Of a DNA stretch of 64,000 nucleotides, positions 45,391 through 64,000 are shown piece after piece (within the stretch, counting starts at the first letter, position 1; each line of letters begins with the position of its first letter). Source of the DNA: Flavobacteriales bacterium. Lineage in GTDB: Bacteria > Bacteroidota > Bacteroidia > Flavobacteriales_F > PHOS-HE28. Made by a program: the position numbers and the translations under genes. The notes under the pieces are model-generated. The model saw only the letters and a list, made by a program, of their open reading frames with translations, was not told the origin of the DNA and did no database searches. The stretch spans positions 95,941 to 159,940 of the forward strand of contig JADJRW010000012.1 in assembly GCA_016712025.1 (NCBI GenBank). The letters are read 5' to 3'.

Positions 45391-46936
45391 ATGAAACCGA
45401 GCACTGAACTGCACGACCTCGTAACGTCGCTCACCAAGAGCGAGAAGCGGTTCTTCAAGTTGCACTCCACGCTGCAATCCGGCGACAAGAACTACCTGCG
45501 GATCTTCGACGCGATCGACAAGCAGAAGGTCTACGACGAAGAAACGCTGAAGAAGCTCTTTGCCAAGGAGACCTTCATCAAGCACTTTCCTTCGGAGAAG
45601 AACCATTTGTACAAGCTGATCCTGAAAGCCCTTCGCGCCTACCATGCGGAGGGCACTATCAGCGGGATCCTGAAGCAGGAGATCAAGAACATCGAGATCC
45701 TTTACGACAAGGCGCTCTACAAAGAGTGCAACAAGCTGCTCCACCGTGCCAAGCGCATCGCTCTGGAGAACGAGAAGTTCTACTACCTCTTCGAGCTGCT
45801 CAACTGGGAGAAGATGCTGTTGGAAGAGGCCTACGAGAGCGGGGAGTTCACCAAGGACCTGGACGCGCTGATCGAGGAGGAGAGCGACGTGATCGAGAAA
45901 CTGCGCAACCTGGCGGCCTACCACATCCTCTACTCCAAGATCAACTATGTGTTCCGCAGTGGCGGTTACGTGCGTAGCGAGGAAGAGCACGCCATGGTGG
46001 AGGAGATCGCCCAGCACCCGCTGATCGTCGGTAAGAACACCGCACTTAGCCACCGCGCGGCGACCATCTGCTTCTATACGCAGGGTTTCTGCGCCTGGGC
46101 CAAGCGCGATTGGCGCACGGCGCTTGACCAAGTTCCTCCGGGTGAAGGAGATCCTGGACCGGGAGACACTGCTGAAACCGGATCTGGCGAAGCGCTATGT
46201 GCGCACGCTGCACTATATCATCAATGCGCAGATCGAACTGGGCGAATACAAAGCCGCTCGTGAGCACATCAAGCTGATGCGATCGCTCTCCGAGCTGCCC
46301 GGTTTCGGTGGCATCCAGATCGGCATGCAGGTCTTCAATGCGAGCTACCTCAGCGAGCTTCGCCTGTTCGACAGGATGGGCGAGCACGCGAAGGCACTAG
46401 AGCTGGTGGATTCCGTGCTCGTGGGTATGGAGGATGAGGGTCCACGGCTCCACAAGGAGCAGGAACTCGAGTTCTGGTTCGCCTTGTCCTGCCTGCATTT
46501 CGGGGCTGGCGAGATGAACAAGGCCTTGTTCTGGCTCAACAAAGTGCTGAACGATCCCGAGCCCACTTTGCGGCAGGACATCTTCACCTACGCCAGGCTC
46601 TTCAACCTGGTGGTACACTACGAGCTAGGTAACTTCGACCTGCTTGAGTACATCGTTCGGAGCACGCATCGCTTTCTAAGCAAGCGGCACCGCGCTGACG
46701 AGATGGAGACCGTGCTGATCGATCATATAAAACGCCTGGCGCGGGCCACACAGATCAACGCCAAACGCGACCTGTTCAAGACGATGCACGACCGCATATC
46801 CGAGTTGATGAAGGATCCCAACGAAAGCCTTGCACTGAAGTACTTCGATTTCATGGCTTGGTGCCGAAGCAAGGTGGAAGGTATCGCCTTCAGCGAAGCG
46901 GTGCGGCAGGAGCACCCGGCGATGGGGAAGGACTAG
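45391..46936 (+). CDS. Helical (TPR-like) protein of unknown family (frame broken once)
   Basis: MKPSTELHDLVTSLTKSEKRFFKL.. is in ORF 45343..46263. The continuation ..KFLRVKEILDRETLLKPDLAKRYVRTLHYIINAQIELGEY.. is in ORF 46124..46936. The switch is at about 46110-46125. Confidence 0.55.
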
Positions 46937-46945
46937 GTCCGGAGC

Positions 46946-48838
46946 TCATCGAGCGTTGGTCAGGTCCTTGTCGCCGATCACCATGAACTCCGTGCGACGG
47001 TTCTGCTGGTGGCGTTCTTCATCGCAGGCCACGCCGTCGCGGCATTCGTTGACCGGTTTCTCCTCTCCGAAGCCCTTTGCGCGTATGCGGTCGGGGTCGG
47101 CGCCATGGCGGATCAGAAAATCCACTGCGCTGTTCGCGCGTGCATCGCTGAGCACCAGATTAAAGGTCACCGCCGCGCGCGTCGGTGTGGGAGCTCAGCT
47201 CGAAGCTCAAGTGCGCATTGTCGTTGATGAGGCGCACCACGCGCTCCAATTCCTGGGCGGCATCCGGGCGTATGTCCCATTTGTCGTAGTCGTAGTAGAT
47301 GTTGTTCAGCACGAAGCTCTCGCCCACTTGTGCGCTTTTCAAATGCAGGTCCCGGTGCAATGTGTCGGAACCTAAGAGGCCTTTCGTACTAAGGTCGACA
47401 GTAGTGGCGAGATGGTCCTTTCCTCGGCGCGCAGGACATTAGTCGGTGTTGGCGTTCAGCGAGAATCCGAACCTGCCATCCGGGGCCGGTGAAGCTGGAG
47501 ACATCGTCGCCGATGCCGTCAGCCAACAAGGTCACCGCCGGCGTTCGGCAGGAACAGGCTCCTCATCGAACACCACACCTTCCACATAGAAGATCGGTTC
47601 GTTCGCCCAGAACACATAGACCTGGTCAAGGCTGTCGCGATTGCTGCTCAGATAGCCACCTTCAGTAGTGCTGTCCAACACCATCGAAAAATCATCATGG
47701 GGCGTGTTGATCGGTGCGTTCATGTTCATCGGAGCACTCCAGCGACCTTCTTGCTCGTGTGTTTCGAAGATGTCCAGGCCCCCCATGTTCTCATGGGCCG
47801 TGCTCGAGAAATAGAGCGATGCACCATTGATCACGGGAAGAGTTCATTGCCCGCCGAGTTCACCGGTAGAGCCCAGGTTCTCCGGCTCCGACCAACCCGT
47901 GCCGATGTCCTTGCATCGCCAGATATCCGTGCCACCAAGCCCCGGGCGGTCGCTGGCGAAATAGAGCATCTTGCCGTCCGTGCTCAAGGCCGGGTGGCCG
48001 GTGCTCCAGTATTCCCCGTTGTAGGCGAAGGCCCGCATGTCCGACCATCGGCCGGTGCTGTCCAAGGTGGAACGGAACAGCATCAAGTGGCTCGTATTGC
48101 CAGCGTCCTTTTGCAACTTGCGCTTCACATAGTTGCTGCGTGTGAAGTACAAGGTGCGGCCGTCCGGTGCGAGCACGGCGGGTCCCTCATGGAAGGGGCC
48201 GTTCACCTGGCCCGGCAGGCCTGTGCTTCGGTTCCAGGTCACCACTGTCTTCTTTTCGCTGTAGTAGAGGTCCAGAAAGGAAAGTCCGTTCCAAGGGTTC
48301 GCGCTCGTTCGGGCGACCTGTTCTTCACCTGCCACCAGCAAACCCTTACGATACGGGATGGCGCCGAAGGCCGAAGCAATCCCGGGAAGGTTCAACCGGT
48401 TCACGATGAAGCGACCGCTGTCCGCGTAAAAGGACTTGTAGCCCTGGGTTGATCCTATAGGTCCAACGCCCGCCGGTTCTCGGGGGTCTCTTGCAAGACA
48501 CGCAGAAAGATCGCTGCCGCAGCCTCGGGCTTGCCATTGCCCATCAATACCTCGCCATAGTTCAATGCCGTGTCGCCGGTTATAGGGTGCGATGCATCGG
48601 CCAGAGCATAGTGCTTTTCGGCCGTCAGCAGATCGCTGTGGCGGCGGTGGGCATCAGCCATACGCAGTCGTGCGGGGCGCACCTCGCTGTGGCGTAGCAC
48701 CTTGCCGTAGAAGCGCTCGGCCCGCGGATACTGCATGAGTCCGTATGCCTCATCCTTTCGCAGGTTGTAGCTGGCGCACGAAGAGAGAAGGATCGCCGCA
48801 GCGAAAGGGAGCGATGTGTTCCGAGGGAGCGTCATCAT
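46946..48838 (-). pseudogene. TPR / PD40 (TolB-like) / OmpA-C-like peptidoglycan-binding protein, heavily fragmented as assembled
   Basis: Five co-linear minus-strand pieces. 48455..48838 carries lipobox ILLSSC plus TPR. 47844..48404 and 47532..47834 carry PD40-like repeats (DGRTLYFTRS, DGKMLYFASDRPGLGGTDIW, GASLYFSS..GGLDIF). 47160..47360 and 46946..47170 carry the OmpA_C domain (FVLNNIYYDYDKWDIRPDA..SHTDARGGD / NLVLSDARANSAVDFLIRHG..NRRTEF). No single frame is open across 47361-47531. Confidence 0.8.
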
Positions 48839-49787
48839 CTAGAAGTAGCGAGGTGACTTGATACGGATCGGGTCCTTGCCGAGGTCGATGCCCAGCATCA
48901 CCTCGTGCGATCCTCCATTGAAGCGACGCAGCATCGAGGTGGTCATGTCATAGGCGTAGCCCACGCGGAACATCGGCGTGATCTGGTATTCCAGCATACC
49001 CACGAACGCATCGCCGGTGCGGTACCCTGCTCCGAGCCACAGCTTCTCGCGGAAGAGCACGTTGCAGTTCAGATCGGCCTCGGGCGGCGCATCGGGTTGG
49101 TACTTCACCAGCACCGAGGGCTTGAGATCGAAGTTCTCGTTGAGGTGGAAGACGCGACCGGCGTGGAGATAGAAATGCTGGGTGAAGTAATGGTCCAATG
49201 CACTGGCGGCAGCGGCGCTCACCTGGCCATCGGCCGCATATATGGTGGGAACGGAGAGCCCCACGTAGGTCAGCTCATCGTGCCAGAACACACCGAAACC
49301 GAACTTGCCGACCATGGCGTTCTTGATGCGTTGCTGGTAGACATCGTCGTTCGCGTCCCAATACACCAGTTCGCCGATGTTCGCGGAGTAGACGGAGAGC
49401 CCCGCGCGCAGACCGAAGGCCAGCCGGCTCGTTTCACCGGTGCGGATGCTATAGGCGTAGTGCCCGGAGATGTCCAGATCACGACTTATGCCGATGCGAT
49501 CATGCACGATGGAAAGTCCGAGACCCATGCGGTTGTTCCACAGCGGGCCGTCGATCGCCAGCATGCTGGTCTTCGGTGCGCCATCCATTTGGGTCCACTG
49601 TTCGCGGTGAAGCAGACTGCCGCTCACATAAGGGTGGCTGCCAGCATACGCGGGGTTCAGGAAGAGCCCGTTGAACATGTACTGGCTCACCATCACTTCC
49701 TGCTGGGCCTGCACCACCAGCGCGCACGTAGCGGCCAAAGCGAGCAGGAAGGGGCGGTAGGACGGGCATGTTGCTGAGGTAGTTCAT
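48839..49787 (-). CDS. PorP/SprF-family type IX secretion system membrane protein (N-terminal frame problem)
   Basis: QYMFNGLFLNPAYAGS..REQWTQMDGAPKTSMLAIDGPL..MGLGLSIVHDRIG...YEVMLGIDLG. ORF 48839..49738 starts at TTG in mid signal peptide. ATGs at 49787 and 49769 are one base out of phase, with the switch at G run 49751-49754. Confidence 0.85.
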
Positions 49788-49808
49788 GGCGTTGGGTCAT
49801 GGTTGCGT

Positions 49809-63304
<13,496 letters not shown>

Positions 63305-63329
<25 letters not shown>

Positions 63330-63664
63330 TCGGCTTCCCAGTCAGCGGCGTTCAGTGCGAGCGGTATCACGTCCGCTTGATTAGAGCGGTTCTGGAGCAT
63401 CGGAAGAAGGCGGTCCGTGTCGGCTTGGCGCATGGGCCCGGAGGTGGATTCCACCACGAGTATTCCAGCGGGCACACAGGCGAAGGCGATGCGGAACCCA
63501 CCGTCCAGGGCGAGATCCTGGGCCAGCGCATCGCGGGTGGCGGAGGTGAGACCGGTGATCCGGAAGGCGGAGCGGCCGGGGGTCAGGGCGCTGGGCCGAG
63601 CGTGCAGGCCAGCAGGGATCAATCCTGTGATCCACAGGCCCTTAATGCAGGAATTCCGTTCCAT
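63305..63664 (-). CDS. Hypothetical small protein upstream of the adhesin
   Basis: 119-aa ORF on the same strand as the adhesin. No motif recognised. It overlaps the longest adhesin start by 25 nt, with no overlap if the adhesin starts at 63272. Confidence 0.3.
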
Positions 63665-63806
63665 GGTCCGTTCGTTCTAGCGCTTCCGGCAGGGAGGAGT
63701 AGTCCCTATGGAAGCGCCCTTTGTACCCGGACGGAAGGGGAAAGGTTATCGACGGGTGGAAGGAACTACCCGATGGAACTCCGGAAAAGAAGGATGGGCC
63801 AGAATC

Positions 63807-64000
63807 TCAGCCCTTCGCCATCCGCGCCCTCAGTACCGCGTGCAGCACGATGCCCGCCGCCACGCTCACATTCAGCGAGCCGATCTGGCCGGCCATGGGG
63901 ATGCGCACTAATTCATCCGCCATGCGCAGCACGCGGTCGTTGATGCCCATGTCCTCCGATCCCATCACCACGACCAGCGGCCCGGTGAGATCGACCTCGG
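63807..64000 (-). CDS. SpoU/TrmH-family (RlmB-like) RNA methyltransferase, C-terminal part; 5' end outside the window
   Basis: Hand translation of the minus strand gives ..EVDLTGPLVVVMGSEDMGINDRVLRMADELVRIPMAGQIGSLNVSVAAGIVLHAVLRARMAKG, then a stop at 63807-63809. Confidence 0.8.
   Translation of the reverse strand, partial: EVDLTGPLVVVMGSEDMGINDRVLRMADELVRIPMAGQIGSLNVSVAAGIVLHAVLRARMAKG

Overview
High-GC Bacteroidota-type chromosomal window. The phylum call rests on T9SS components, DUF4290-murA synteny, TAnnTTTG -7 boxes, and a fused str/S10/spc/alpha ribosomal supercluster lacking tuf and adk. Left third (1-23 kb): housekeeping and envelope genes, namely a SpoU methyltransferase, mutS, tRNA-Gly and tRNA-Leu, a GluQRS-like ligase, an acyl-CoA desaturase, dnaJ-grpE, a TlpA-like thioredoxin remnant, murA with DUF4290, a UvrD-like helicase, eno, carA, and a secreted PQQ-type sugar dehydrogenase with PKD and dockerin-like modules. 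Middle (23.4-41.5 kb, all minus strand): rpsL-rpsG-fusA-rpsJ...rplQ, 34 genes. Right third (41.8-64 kb): a Fic protein with a degenerate catalytic motif, an M1 metallopeptidase with a T9SS tail, a helical protein of unknown family, and a T9SS cargo module. The module comprises a ~13.5 kb SprB-repeat adhesin gene (49809-63329), its PorP/SprF partner and a TPR/PD40/OmpA protein. No rRNA, CRISPR or mobile element was seen. Major caveat: at least 15 genes have broken reading frames, including essential fusA, rpsC, rplQ and eno. Many of the breaks I could localise sit at G/C homopolymer runs. The adhesin also contains a 542-bp nearly pure-G tract (58596-59137). I read these as sequence or assembly errors, not as biology. 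The adhesin/PorP/OmpA module is the best candidate for an interesting system, but its architecture class is already known. The truly odd signals are the poly-G tract, the CXXC-deleted thioredoxin, the His-to-Arg Fic motif and the heptad hairpins in the alpha-operon spacers.
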